DNA of 64,000 nucleotides from a bacterium (GTDB lineage: Bacteria > Electryoneota > Electryoneia > Electryoneales > Electryoneaceae): assembly GCA_963669175.1 (NCBI GenBank), contig OY769902.1:2432001-2496000 (forward strand), in the 5' to 3' direction. The notes beneath the pieces were generated by a model. The model made no database searches, was not told the DNA's origin, and saw only the letters and a program-made list of their open reading frames with translations. Shown here piece after piece: positions 55,113 to 64,000 of this stretch (its first letter is position 1; the number at the start of each line of letters is the position of its first letter). The translations under genes and the position numbers were made by a program.

Positions 55113-56207
55113 GTGAAACGGATATCGTCAGCTTGGATAGCAGGTGCATTGGCAGGAGTGATATTCTTTTCCTCTTGCTCGAAGGAAGAGGTTGAGACTG
55201 AGCCGTTAATCCGTCCCGTTCGCTATACGGAAGTGATGGTGACCGGCGGCTCACGGCTTCGCACGTTTTCCGGAGTGGCGCATGCCGGTGTTGAGTCGCA
55301 ATTGAGTTTCAAGGTAGCGGGACAAGTCGCCAGGGTAAACGCGCGGGTTGGCGACCAGGTCAAGCGTGGGCAAACCCTGGTCACTCTCGACACCAAGGAC
55401 TACCGTTTGCAGGTACAGGAAGCGGAAGCGGCGCTGGCCCAGGCGCAGGCGCAGTTGCGCAACGCGAAATCGGCTTTCGACCGTACCATGAGCCTGTATG
55501 AAGTGAATAATGCGTCCAAATCGCAGCTTGACCAGGCGCGTGCCGGGTATGAATCGGCCCTGCACCAGGTGGAAAGCATTGAGAAAAGGCTCGAGCTGGC
55601 ACGATTGCAGGTAAACTACTGTACCCTGGAAGCGCCCTCGGATGGTTCGATCAAGGCTGTCAATGTAGAAGCGGACGAGAATCTCAGCCCGGGACAGCCC
55701 GTGGTGATTCTTACTTCCAGTGGACGGCCTGAAGTGAAGGTGACTGTTCCGGAAATGCTGATCAGCCAGGTAAAGCGTGGTAGCTCAGCAAAAGTGAAGT
55801 TTGATGCTGTATCCGGAACAGAGTTTGACGCGACAGTGACCGAAGTCGGCGCGGCCTCAACCGGGTTCGCATCTACATTTCCGGTGACGGTACGTTTAAA
55901 CGCCAACTCAGACAAAATCCGTCCCGGTATGGCCGCGGAAGTATCCTTCCGGTTTGAAACTGCCGGGACACAGGAACGCTTGCTTGTACCGGCTGTGTCG
56001 GTGGGTGAAGATCAGAATGGCCGCTTTGTATACGTACTGGTTCCGGCAGAAGAGGACGGATTCGGCATTTGCAAACGTACAGCGGTGAGTGTCGGGGAGC
56101 TGACGTCTGAAGGGTTGGAAATCACCAGTGGCCTGAAGGAAAATGACCTGGTGGTGACTGCCGGAGTTTCTAAAATCGACGATGGACAAAAGGTCAAGCT
56201 ACTATAA
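55113..56207 (+). CDS. RND efflux periplasmic adaptor (MFP), lipoprotein
   Basis: Lipobox FSSC; LSFKVAG, VGDQVK.GQ.L..LD, L.APSDG, PGM.AEV, GL..ND.VV.AG; GTG start after GGAGA. Confidence 0.9.
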   Translation: MKRISSAWIAGALAGVIFFSSCSKEEVETEPLIRPVRYTEVMVTGGSRLRTFSGVAHAGVESQLSFKVAGQVARVNARVGDQVKRGQTLVTLDTKDYRLQVQEAEAALAQAQAQLRNAKSAFDRTMSLYEVNNASKSQLDQARAGYESALHQVESIEKRLELARLQVNYCTLEAPSDGSIKAVNVEADENLSPGQPVVILTSSGRPEVKVTVPEMLISQVKRGSSAKVKFDAVSGTEFDATVTEVGAASTGFASTFPVTVRLNANSDKIRPGMAAEVSFRFETAGTQERLLVPAVSVGEDQNGRFVYVLVPAEEDGFGICKRTAVSVGELTSEGLEITSGLKENDLVVTAGVSKIDDGQKVKLL

Positions 56208-56220
56208 GGAGGGCAGGACC

Positions 56221-59200
56221 ATGTCCATCACACGTGCTGCTATAGAAAAAAGCAGGGTAAGTATCGTAGCGCTGCTGATTGTCCTGTTCGGTGGTGTGAT
56301 CTCTTATATTAGAATGCCACAACGTGAAGACCCCGGCTTTACGATCCGAGTTGCCGTGGTAACCACACGCCTTCCCGGCGCCAGCCCGGAACGAATGGAA
56401 GAATTAGTTACCGATCCCATCGAAGCGGTAGTGCAACAGATCCCCGAGTTGGATTTTGTCTCTTCCACTTCCATGACCGGCATTTCATTCGTCTATGTCA
56501 ACATTAAGGAAAGCTATTCCAACATGCGTCCCATCTGGGACAATCTCCGCCGCAAAATTGATGGCATGAGGGAGGAACTACCTTCCGGGGTAATCGGGCC
56601 GGATGTGGACGATGAATTCGGGGATGTTTTTGGCATCCAGATCGCCATGACCGGGGAAGGGTATTCCTATAGCGAACTGGATGAAGTGGCCAAAGATGTT
56701 CGCGATGAACTGCTGAAGTTGCGAGATGTTGCCAAGGTCGATATTTATGGAGTTCAGGCGGAAAGAGTTTTCATCGAGTATAACAATGCTCGCCTGGCCC
56801 AACTGGGAATCTCGCCCGGACAACTTCAGAACATGCTGGCCAGCCAGAATATCATCAGCCCGGGTGGCAAGGTTACTACTGGTCGCGAACGTATCATCCT
56901 GGAACCAACCGGTAACTTCGAGACCATTGAAGAAATTCAGCGGATGGTGATTGCGTTACCGCAAACCGGGGATATGGTCTACCTGGGTGATATTGCCAAT
57001 GTATATCGTGGCTATATCGATCCTCCTGAATCAAAAATGCGCGCCGGTGGGCATCAGTGTCTTGGACTGGGCGTTTGCCTTCGTGACGGTGGCAGTATCA
57101 TTCGGCTCGGTGAAGAAGTCAAGGCGACATTGCGATTCCTGGAAACTCAATATCCTATCGGGATCGAGTTTGATATTTTCTATTTTGAGCCGAAGGAAGT
57201 AGAAAACAGTGTAAACGATTTTCTCAGCAACCTGATCCAGGCCATTGTACTGGTGATCCTGGTGATGCTGCTGTTCCTTGGGTGGCGGACCGGGCTGGTT
57301 GTCGCTTCGTTGATCCCCATGGCCATGTTGCTTTCCTTTATGATTATGAACATGGTTGGGATCACACTGAACATGATCTCCCTGGCGGCCTTGATCATCG
57401 CCCTGGGATTGCTGGTCGATAACGCCATCGTGGTCAGTGAATCCATTATGGTCAAGATGGAGCAGGGGATACCGGCTGTTGAAGCGGCTGTGGATAGCGC
57501 CAAAGAGTTACGTATACCCTTGCTGACATCATCCCTGACAACGGCAGTAGCCTTCTTGCCGATTTATCTCGCAGATTCACAGGTCGGTGAATACACTGCC
57601 GACTTGTTCAAGGTTGTCACCATTGCCCTGCTGTCTTCGTGGATCCTGGCCATGACCATGATTCCGTTATTTGCAGTGGCCATGATCCGTGTAAACAAGA
57701 AGAAGAAAGACAGGTCACAGGAAGATGTTTTTGATACTCGATTCTATCGTGGGTATCGTGGCATGATCATGTTCATGCTGAAGCACCGTGCGCTTAGTCT
57801 TATTGGAATTATCATCATCTTCTTCGCTTCAACGCAGTTGACTCGCGTTATCCCGGCCATGTTTTTTCCTTCGACGGACAAGGGCTTTATTCGAGCTACG
57901 CTGGAGATGCCGGTTGGGACTCCCATTGAGATCACCGAGCAGATTGCAACAGATCTGGAACAGTACATGGTCGACAGCCTGTTAGTCAACGACGATCGTG
58001 AAGAAGGATTAATCAACTGGGCCTGCTGGATCGGTGATAAGGGGCCACGCTATACCCTGGGTGCAGATGCCGGTGGCAGGATGGAGCATGTTGCCAAGTT
58101 TATCATCAACACGACCACTCGTGAGTCTGCGGACAATGCGATAGAGCGAATGGAAGCTTATTTATGGGACAGGTATCCCGATCTGAAAGCAAAGGTCAAG
58201 CCGCTAGATTATGGGCCGCCAGTTGATTCACCCATTGAGATTCGCTTGTACGGAAAGGACTATGATGATCTTTTCCAGATCGTAGCCCGGATCAAGCATC
58301 ATTTGAAGGGCATGTCCGGAACCCGTAATGTTGAGGATAACTGGGGACCGCAGGTAAAGAAACTCATGGTTCATATTGACCAGCCTCGGGCCAAACGCGC
58401 CGGTGTATCCAGCCAGGATATCGCGCTTAGCCTGAACACATATCTCAGTGGTTTCCAGGTCAGTGAATTTCGTGAGGATGAAGACGCTCTGCCGGTAATC
58501 ATGCGTGCGGAACAGACAGATCGTGAAGATATCAGCAAACTGGAAACGCTGGATGTATTCGCGCAGGCATCCGGCAGGACAGTACCGCTTAAACAGGTGG
58601 CTGATATACAAGTGACCTGGCAACCTTCACAGATTTTACGGCGTGATCGCAACCTGGCAGTAAGTGTTACCTCGGATGTATTGCCCGGTGTTTCGGAAAT
58701 GGACCTGGTGACAACGGAGATTCTGCCCTGGCTTGAAGAAGAGTCGAAAAATTGGCCTTTGGGGTACACGTATGAACTGGGTGGCGCGAACGAGGCCAGT
58801 GATGAAGCGAATGCGTCTATCGCGGCTCAATTGCCCTTGGCATTTGGACTCATGGTGTTATTGCTGGTGGCGCAGTTTAACAGTTTCCGGAAACCGTTGA
58901 TCATCCTGCTAACCATACCGCTTGCCCTGATCGGTGTTTTTATCGGCTTGGCGATCATGCGTGGTATCCTGGGGTTCATGACCTTCCTTGGGATCATTTC
59001 GCTGGCTGGAATTGTTATTAATAACGCTATTGTGCTGATTGACCGGATAGATATTGAGCGGGATGAGAACAAGCTGGAAGCGGCACGGGCTGTGATTGAG
59101 GCGGCGCAGCAACGGTTGCGTCCGATTCTGCTGACAACTGCGACAACAATCTGCGGTTTGATACCCCTGTATCTGTTTGGCGGGCCGATGTGGGAATCCA

Positions 59201-59313
59201 TGGCTATCGCGATCATGTGGGGATTGATCTTCGCCACATTCCTGACGCTGGGCGTTGTGCCGATCCTGTATTCGCTGTTCTATAAAGTCAGCTTCAAGAA
59301 GTTCCAGTATTGA
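56221..59313 (+). CDS. RND efflux permease (AcrB/AcrD/AcrF family)
   Basis: EDP.F, PGASPE, GLLVDNAIVV.E, TT..AF.P, GIVINNAIVLID, RLRPILLTT.TT..GL.PL. Confidence 0.95.
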   Translation: MSITRAAIEKSRVSIVALLIVLFGGVISYIRMPQREDPGFTIRVAVVTTRLPGASPERMEELVTDPIEAVVQQIPELDFVSSTSMTGISFVYVNIKESYSNMRPIWDNLRRKIDGMREELPSGVIGPDVDDEFGDVFGIQIAMTGEGYSYSELDEVAKDVRDELLKLRDVAKVDIYGVQAERVFIEYNNARLAQLGISPGQLQNMLASQNIISPGGKVTTGRERIILEPTGNFETIEEIQRMVIALPQTGDMVYLGDIANVYRGYIDPPESKMRAGGHQCLGLGVCLRDGGSIIRLGEEVKATLRFLETQYPIGIEFDIFYFEPKEVENSVNDFLSNLIQAIVLVILVMLLFLGWRTGLVVASLIPMAMLLSFMIMNMVGITLNMISLAALIIALGLLVDNAIVVSESIMVKMEQGIPAVEAAVDSAKELRIPLLTSSLTTAVAFLPIYLADSQVGEYTADLFKVVTIALLSSWILAMTMIPLFAVAMIRVNKKKKDRSQEDVFDTRFYRGYRGMIMFMLKHRALSLIGIIIIFFASTQLTRVIPAMFFPSTDKGFIRATLEMPVGTPIEITEQIATDLEQYMVDSLLVNDDREEGLINWACWIGDKGPRYTLGADAGGRMEHVAKFIINTTTRESADNAIERMEAYLWDRYPDLKAKVKPLDYGPPVDSPIEIRLYGKDYDDLFQIVARIKHHLKGMSGTRNVEDNWGPQVKKLMVHIDQPRAKRAGVSSQDIALSLNTYLSGFQVSEFREDEDALPVIMRAEQTDREDISKLETLDVFAQASGRTVPLKQVADIQVTWQPSQILRRDRNLAVSVTSDVLPGVSEMDLVTTEILPWLEEESKNWPLGYTYELGGANEASDEANASIAAQLPLAFGLMVLLLVAQFNSFRKPLIILLTIPLALIGVFIGLAIMRGILGFMTFLGIISLAGIVINNAIVLIDRIDIERDENKLEAARAVIEAAQQRLRPILLTTATTICGLIPLYLFGGPMWESMAIAIMWGLIFATFLTLGVVPILYSLFYKVSFKKFQY

Positions 59314-59337
59314 GCACCATGGAAGGTTTAGTATAAA

Positions 59338-59360
59338 CCCTGTTTGGCAAGCAAACAGGG
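59338..59360 (+). terminator. Hairpin downstream of the RND operon
   Basis: CCCTGTTTG-GCAAG-CAAACAGGG; no clear T tail on the plus strand. Confidence 0.4.
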
Positions 59361-59644
59361 GCAAATTGCATACAGGGATAAACTGCAAATTGCATACAGG
59401 GATAAATTGCTCTCATCCCAGCGAAGCAAGGTGTCGCAGAATCACTGATGATCTCATCCCAGCGAAGCAAGGTGTCGCAGAATCACTGATGATCTCATCC
59501 CAGCGAAGGCTGGGATCCAGTCATATTGCGACATTACAAGAGGTTAAGTTTTCTCAAGAGGCGCGGCACATTGAGAACCGTCAAAGCGTCCAACTTGTTA
59601 TCTTGTCGATACTTGCCTGGATCCCAGCCTTCGCTGGGATGAGA
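59361..59644. repeat. Composite REP-like locus: 24-bp direct duplication, 41-bp direct duplication, 28-bp perfect inverted repeat pair
   Basis: gcaaattgcatacagggataaa x2 (59361, 59385); tctcatcccagcgaagcaaggtgtcgcagaatcactgatga x2 (59411, 59452); tctcatcccagcgaaggctgggatccag (59493-59520) / ctggatcccagccttcgctgggatgaga (59617-59644). Confidence 0.85.
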
Positions 59645-59833
59645 GTGTTGTCAATGAGAGTGTTGTCAATGAGAGTGTTGTCAATGAGAGTGTTGTCAAT
59701 GAGAGTGTTGTCAATGAGAGTGTTGTCAATGAGAGTGTTGTCAATGAGAGTGTTGTCAATGAGAGTGTTGTCTATGAGAGTGTTGTCTATGAGAGTGTTG
59801 TCTATGAGAGTGTTGTCTATGAGAGTGTTGTCT
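59639..59833. repeat. 15-bp tandem repeat, 13 copies (8 x ATGAGAGTGTTGTCA then 5 x ATGAGAGTGTTGTCT)
   Basis: Counted directly; intergenic; no spacers. Confidence 0.95.
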
Positions 59834-59913
59834 ATTCTGATACAGACTGCTGTGCTGGGGATGACAGAATAGGACATTATTTTCGAAACTCACCATATCT
59901 TGCATAAGTACAT

Positions 59914-59948
59914 AAAAACGGGGACTGGCCATCAGGCTAGTCCCCGTT
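59914..59948 (-). terminator. Intrinsic terminator of the rubrerythrin-like gene
   Basis: Minus strand AACGGGGACTAGCC-TGAT-GGCCAGTCCCCG followed by TTTTT. Confidence 0.8.
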
Positions 59949-59979
59949 CGCTTGTCTACAACTATCGTATCACGAAGGA

Positions 59980-60462
59980 TCAATACTCAACGATGTGACG
60001 CCATTCGGCATCTTCGACCCAGCGATCCGGGTGCTCAATCAGTTCAACCATATTTTCGAGAATCTGGAAATGCTTGTGCTCTTCCGCGGCAATACGCAGC
60101 ATCACTTCCTGTTGCTGCTTGCCCTTCACCTGCTCAGCGCTTTCACGATAGAACTTTTCGCTTTCTTCTTCCAGTTTCATGGCTTTCTTGTACTGGTCAA
60201 CGGTCTGTTCACCAAAATCAACCTTGCCGCCTTCGTCACGGAATTTCTCGAACACATTCTTCATGTCTTTCAGGAAAAGGGTGTCCGGAAGTTCAGCCCG
60301 GCCTTCTTTCATGCCTTCAAAGGTTTTGTAATGCTTTACTTCTTCATCCGCCATCGCGTTAAAAATGGTTTTCACGCCGGAATCGGAAGTCTTTTCGGCC
60401 AATTCACGATAAAAAGCTTCCCCGTCCTTTTCCATCTTCATGGCAAAATCAAAAACATTCAT
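59980..60462 (-). CDS. Rubrerythrin/ferritin-like di-iron protein
   Basis: Twice-repeated A..(M/L)E.....FY ... EExxH pattern. Confidence 0.9.
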   Translation of the reverse strand: MNVFDFAMKMEKDGEAFYRELAEKTSDSGVKTIFNAMADEEVKHYKTFEGMKEGRAELPDTLFLKDMKNVFEKFRDEGGKVDFGEQTVDQYKKAMKLEEESEKFYRESAEQVKGKQQQEVMLRIAAEEHKHFQILENMVELIEHPDRWVEDAEWRHIVEY

Positions 60463-60512
60463 CAGTTTTTCTCCTCGAATTGTCGGGTTAAAAGTATACT
60501 GTTCGATGATCG

Positions 60513-60541
60513 AATGTAGGCGAGGGGAAAAAAGGAGTCAA
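60513..60541 (-). promoter_or_regulatory. Sigma70-type promoter of the rubrerythrin-like gene
   Basis: Minus strand TTGACT-N17-TACATT. Confidence 0.55.
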
Positions 60542-60714
60542 GTGAAGCTTTTTACTGTGTGGCTAAAACGAAGTCTCCTCCATTGTTGACGCGGGTCACG
60601 ATGCAGTTGTTATCATCTGGGCATATTCAGCTTACATTTAGTCGTTTTTGGTTACCTGTTCCAGTACGGTTTCTCTTTGACCTGCTTCGTCAACTAAAGA
60701 GGGATACTGGTAAA

Positions 60715-60984
60715 ATGCACGATCGCAGGATATCTACGGCAATTACTTCAGGTGTAGTACTTCTGTTCATTGTGCTTTCTGGTGGCGCCCTTTCATTGTG
60801 CTACCTGCGACATTTCCGAACGACAGGTCTGATAATCGGTTCAATTGTGATCCTGATTGTTGGATTGGCATTTTTTGTAAGGGTAGCTAACTTTTTCCGC
60901 AGAGACTATGAACCTCCTCTTCTCGATGATGAAGAAGAGGAGGAGCGTATAATGCGAGCGCTTCGTGATGAAGAAGAGTGGTAA
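60715..60984 (+). CDS. Small two-TM membrane protein, hypothetical
   Basis: GAGGG RBS, two hydrophobic helices, acidic C-terminal tail. Confidence 0.55.
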   Translation: MHDRRISTAITSGVVLLFIVLSGGALSLCYLRHFRTTGLIIGSIVILIVGLAFFVRVANFFRRDYEPPLLDDEEEEERIMRALRDEEEW

Positions 60985-61014
60985 AAGCACCTCTGTCATT
61001 CAGAAAGACTTCAC

Positions 61015-62193
61015 TTATAAACCTTCGATAAACGCCAACCTAGAGTATCGATCCGAAGCAAAGTCCATCAGGAAGGGTCTTTCCAGCCGTTTCAGGTTTT
61101 TGTCGTACAGCAACAGGATTTCCGGACGATGCAGGTTCTCCGGGTTTACACGCGCAACAACTCCCCGATACCCTACAATATCCATGTTAGTCGCCTGTTC
61201 GACCATGACATTGGTGCCCACAGGGAACACGTTAATGATCGAAATAGCTTCCTTCACAACTGCGGGATGGAACCAGGTTCCGCTCAGCTTTATTAAGCGT
61301 CCCACGGCTTCGATAGGTGAAACCGGTTCCCGTTCAATACGGGCATTCACGAGATTATCGAAGTAGTTGGCTACAGCAATGATATCCGCATAGCGGAAGA
61401 TTGTACCGTGACTTTTTCTATTCTCATGAGGCGCTTCCGGGTCACCCACAAGCCCATCGGGAAAGCCGCTGCCATCATAGCGTTCATGATGCTGCTGAAT
61501 ACCGACGATGGTTGCGGGATCGATCTGACGGTCGTCCATGAGAATGTCGCCGCCAAGAATAGGATGCTGGCGATACTCTTTCTCCTGCTCCTCGGTCCGG
61601 TCGGCAGGATGGATCTTGTCGATATCATCTTCAAGAAGGCTTTTTCCGATGTCGTGAAGCATTGCAGCCTGGGATAATTTATTCAGTTCTGAAACACTGT
61701 AATAAAGACGCTGGCCGATCATGGAACTGAGCATGGCGACATCAAACGAGTGGTTAAACCCCGAACCAGTCGTCTGCATGGAAGTCGGATAGTAAAATCG
61801 CACACTATTGTTGGTCAGGCTGGATAATAACTTCTCCGAAGCTCTGCGCATCAGCATGGTCTGGCCACTGCTTTTGCGAAGCGAACGCATCATGGTGCTG
61901 GATTTCTGCTTGCCATGTGCACCTTTATCGCGTGCAACCGCCTCTGCAGTGTACTCATCGAACGCTTCGTATACTGATTTCTTATCCTTAATATCGACGA
62001 TTTCTTCAGGGACAATGTTTTCTGTCCCGTTTTCATTGATATAAACATACTTGTAATCCATAGCCTTGAGTTTTTCGATAAAGGCTACGGAGAGTTCAAC
62101 ACTTTGCCCAAGAAGCAGTCTGAAATGGCGATCATAAACGGGGCGGGCGAGAACCATACCTGGTCGTAACATGTGAATAGCACACTGACGCAC
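61015..62193 (-). CDS. HD-GYP domain protein (putative cyclic dinucleotide phosphodiesterase)
   Basis: N-terminal L.PGMVLAR motif; HS..VA, LHDIGK, HP..G, QHHERYDGSGFPDGL, IIAVA..FD. Confidence 0.9.
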   Translation of the reverse strand: MRQCAIHMLRPGMVLARPVYDRHFRLLLGQSVELSVAFIEKLKAMDYKYVYINENGTENIVPEEIVDIKDKKSVYEAFDEYTAEAVARDKGAHGKQKSSTMMRSLRKSSGQTMLMRRASEKLLSSLTNNSVRFYYPTSMQTTGSGFNHSFDVAMLSSMIGQRLYYSVSELNKLSQAAMLHDIGKSLLEDDIDKIHPADRTEEQEKEYRQHPILGGDILMDDRQIDPATIVGIQQHHERYDGSGFPDGLVGDPEAPHENRKSHGTIFRYADIIAVANYFDNLVNARIEREPVSPIEAVGRLIKLSGTWFHPAVVKEAISIINVFPVGTNVMVEQATNMDIVGYRGVVARVNPENLHRPEILLLYDKNLKRLERPFLMDFASDRYSRLAFIEGL

Positions 62194-62334
62194 GTACAGA
62201 CTCCACTGTTTTGGGTGGTTTTTTTGTTTTTTGGCTTTTTGGAATTTTAACGATACGAAGTTCTTTCAGATTTTCAAAACAAAAATTCTCGGAGAGTACT
62301 GCTTAGTCTGAAATAATAAAGAAATCCTTGTGAA

Positions 62335-63222
62335 CTAATCAACGTCTGTTGCAGTTGAATCCAGTCTCTCTGCATTACCGGTCTCTACAGATGTATCGGC
62401 TGACTGTTCAATAGCGTCAATCTCCTCGTACTTCAATTCGGAACCACGCATGCTGTGGGGAATCAAGTACACTGCAAACATAATAATACCGGCAAAAAGT
62501 AACCACCAGCGTGCTCGTTTTTTTCCGTTTTCTTTGTGCATAAACCACAATGCGGGCAACCAAACCAGGAAAGCAACCAGGGTTTTGTTGTCAGTCAAAT
62601 CCTCCCCGAATGGCCAGCCGGTCCAATAGGCGCCGAACGCGTATTTCTGAACAATCGGTCCAAGGATCAGACCGCCAACGAAAAGGAATGCCACCGTCAG
62701 GTACACTTTCCATTTCATTGGTTCAGCAATGACAGCTCCCAGCATCACCCTGCTGGCCATGAACATGGCGATAAACATGAAAAGGATGTGTGGGAGCAGG
62801 ACGCCTCCCGGAACGGCGCCTTTGTAACGCATGACAGCGGGTTCGTCCGGTATGATCACATGCTCTTCTCCGTACTCCAGGAGTACCTGGTACTCCAGTT
62901 TCCCAGCCGGTGGTTGTGTCGGGAGAACGGCATAGAGCTGGTCATTCTTGTATTCCATCGGCGTAGCTGTTACCGGATCATTGGTTTTATAACGTTTCCA
63001 TAACACCTTGCCCTCGATTTGTTCCGAGGGTACTTTAATGCTGATCGGCATGTTTTCGCCGGAGTTGTAGGATCTTAGTAATGAATAGCTTATACTGTTT
63101 TCATGCAGACTAATTTGTCCTGAGGCCGGGTGAGTAGGACCAGTGGCCCGCTGATAGACTACAGAAGACAGCGTAATGACTGCCGTTACTACCCAGAGAA
63201 GGATGGTTTTCCATCGATTCAT
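62335..63222 (-). CDS. Conserved hypothetical membrane protein
   Basis: N-terminal TM, YQR.TGPT.P, LP.QPPAGKLEY, then 4 TM with GP.VQKYAFG.YWTG.PFG.DLTDNKTL. Confidence 0.75.
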   Translation of the reverse strand: MNRWKTILLWVVTAVITLSSVVYQRATGPTHPASGQISLHENSISYSLLRSYNSGENMPISIKVPSEQIEGKVLWKRYKTNDPVTATPMEYKNDQLYAVLPTQPPAGKLEYQVLLEYGEEHVIIPDEPAVMRYKGAVPGGVLLPHILFMFIAMFMASRVMLGAVIAEPMKWKVYLTVAFLFVGGLILGPIVQKYAFGAYWTGWPFGEDLTDNKTLVAFLVWLPALWFMHKENGKKRARWWLLFAGIIMFAVYLIPHSMRGSELKYEEIDAIEQSADTSVETGNAERLDSTATDVD

Positions 63223-63410
63223 GTATTACCTCTTGTTTTGCGGTATAGGATAGTTCAGAAACCCTTTCCGGGCAATATTTAGAATCGAAATGTTGGTCAA
63301 TTCTGAGAACATTTACAACTGAGTCATTCTGATCGAAAAACTTCACGGCGAGTGTAAAAAGTATAACAGGTTAGGACGATAGTTTAAGGCTCAAAATTTC
63401 GCTGCGCCTA

Positions 63411-63439
63411 TTGCAACGGGAGGCAGTGAGTTCTATATT
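63411..63439 (+). promoter_or_regulatory. Sigma70-type promoter
   Basis: TTGCAA-N17-TATATT upstream of ATG 63504. Confidence 0.55.
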
Positions 63440-63503
63440 CTCTGCTTACTCAAAGTAAGTTTAGAACAGCAAAACACACGTACGACACGAGGGTATCCCA
63501 GTC

Positions 63504-64000
63504 ATGGCCGTCATGGCAGAAATGCGCAGAAGAATGACCATTATCATGATCATTCTGGTCGTCGCGTTCTTGATTACGATTGTATTCAGTTGGGGCATGG
63601 GCGGGTTCAAAGGAAAGTTTGAGCCCGGCGTGATTGGCAAGGTTAACGGTGTCAAGATTACCCAGGAAGAATATCAGAACGCTCGTGAAAACCGGATGGC
63701 TTATGAGCAGCAGCAGGCCGGTGAGAAAGAGCTGACTCCGAACCAGATTACCCAGATTTATAATGAAGTCTGGGATGGTCTGGTGAACAATATCCTGTTT
63801 GAACAGTACCGGAAAAACGCCGGCATTGAAATGTCGCCTGGCGAATTGAGCTACGCGGTGATTCATTATCCGCTTCCGCAAATCCGTAACATGTTCATCA
63901 ATGAAGATACCGGCCAGTTCGACTCGACACGCTACCGTGCGTTCCTGTCTGATCCGATGTATGAACAGCAGGTCATCTATATCGAGAGTGAAATGCGCAA
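63504..64000 (+). CDS. PpiD/SurA N-terminal domain chaperone, partial (runs off right edge)
   Basis: Not in the ORF track: MAVMAEMRRRMTIIMIILVVAFLITIVFSWGMGG...VIGKVNGVKIT..EY...VWDGLV...TGQFD...Y..FL. Confidence 0.8.
   Translation, partial: MAVMAEMRRRMTIIMIILVVAFLITIVFSWGMGGFKGKFEPGVIGKVNGVKITQEEYQNARENRMAYEQQQAGEKELTPNQITQIYNEVWDGLVNNILFEQYRKNAGIEMSPGELSYAVIHYPLPQIRNMFINEDTGQFDSTRYRAFLSDPMYEQQVIYIESEMR

Noticed and set aside
59639-59833. 15-bp array (and the 41-bp repeats at 59411-59508) as a CRISPR array
   Set aside because: Units are contiguous or separated by identical sequence, with no unique spacers and no cas genes in the window.
59255-59877. ORFs 59255-59872 (+, MRVLS repeats) and 59581-59877 (-, IDNTL repeats)
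   Set aside because: Open frames arise from stop-free 15-bp repeats; the plus ORF overlaps the RND gene end; no protein-like content.
62200-62250. T-rich tract as a terminator
   Set aside because: It lies on the wrong strand for the flanking minus-strand genes; more likely an A-rich 5' leader of the HD-GYP gene.

Overview
Chromosomal window (moderate GC) from a diderm, LPS-making bacterium. Three secreted proteins with 'YP(N/D)PFN' C-terminal sorting domains suggest an FCB-superphylum or related candidate lineage (inference). Left end (1-11.9 kb, minus strand): a self-contained operon with its own sigma70-like promoter, ordered vgrG-vgrG-vgrG, DUF2169/pentapeptide fusion, pentapeptide protein, DUF3540 (runs off the window). 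This is the spike module seen in Burkholderia T6SS-5 (vgrG-tagAB-tagB-tagC), but here with three tandem VgrG paralogs. All three end in heptad-periodic tails, one carries a ~190-aa Asp/Glu/Gly polyacid insert, and the neighbouring DUF2169 protein has a Lys/Ala-rich insert. No hcp, sheath or baseplate genes lie in the window. Next come a TetR + ABC exporter operon, an AT-rich pair of large secreted proteins, a cNMP-domain/aspartase fusion, pyrR-pyrB-pyrC, and an AT-rich islet (HigB-like toxin, HigA-ImmA fusion, DUF4145/HEPN protein, truncated lipoprotein). A long housekeeping run follows: smpB, polyprenyl synthase, apbE, GT9, waaA, double ECF ATPase, ackA, yceD-rpmF-plsX-fabH-fabD-fabG-acpP-fabF-rnc, acyl-CoA dehydrogenase, heme-c hybrid kinase, asd. 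The right part holds an RND efflux operon whose TolC has an N-terminal binding-protein-like domain, a composite REP-like/tandem-repeat locus at 59.3-59.9 kb, a rubrerythrin-like gene, an HD-GYP gene and a partial ppiD/surA-like gene. No rRNA, tRNA, CRISPR array, integrase or transposase was recognised. All family assignments come from motifs recognised by eye, not from database searches.
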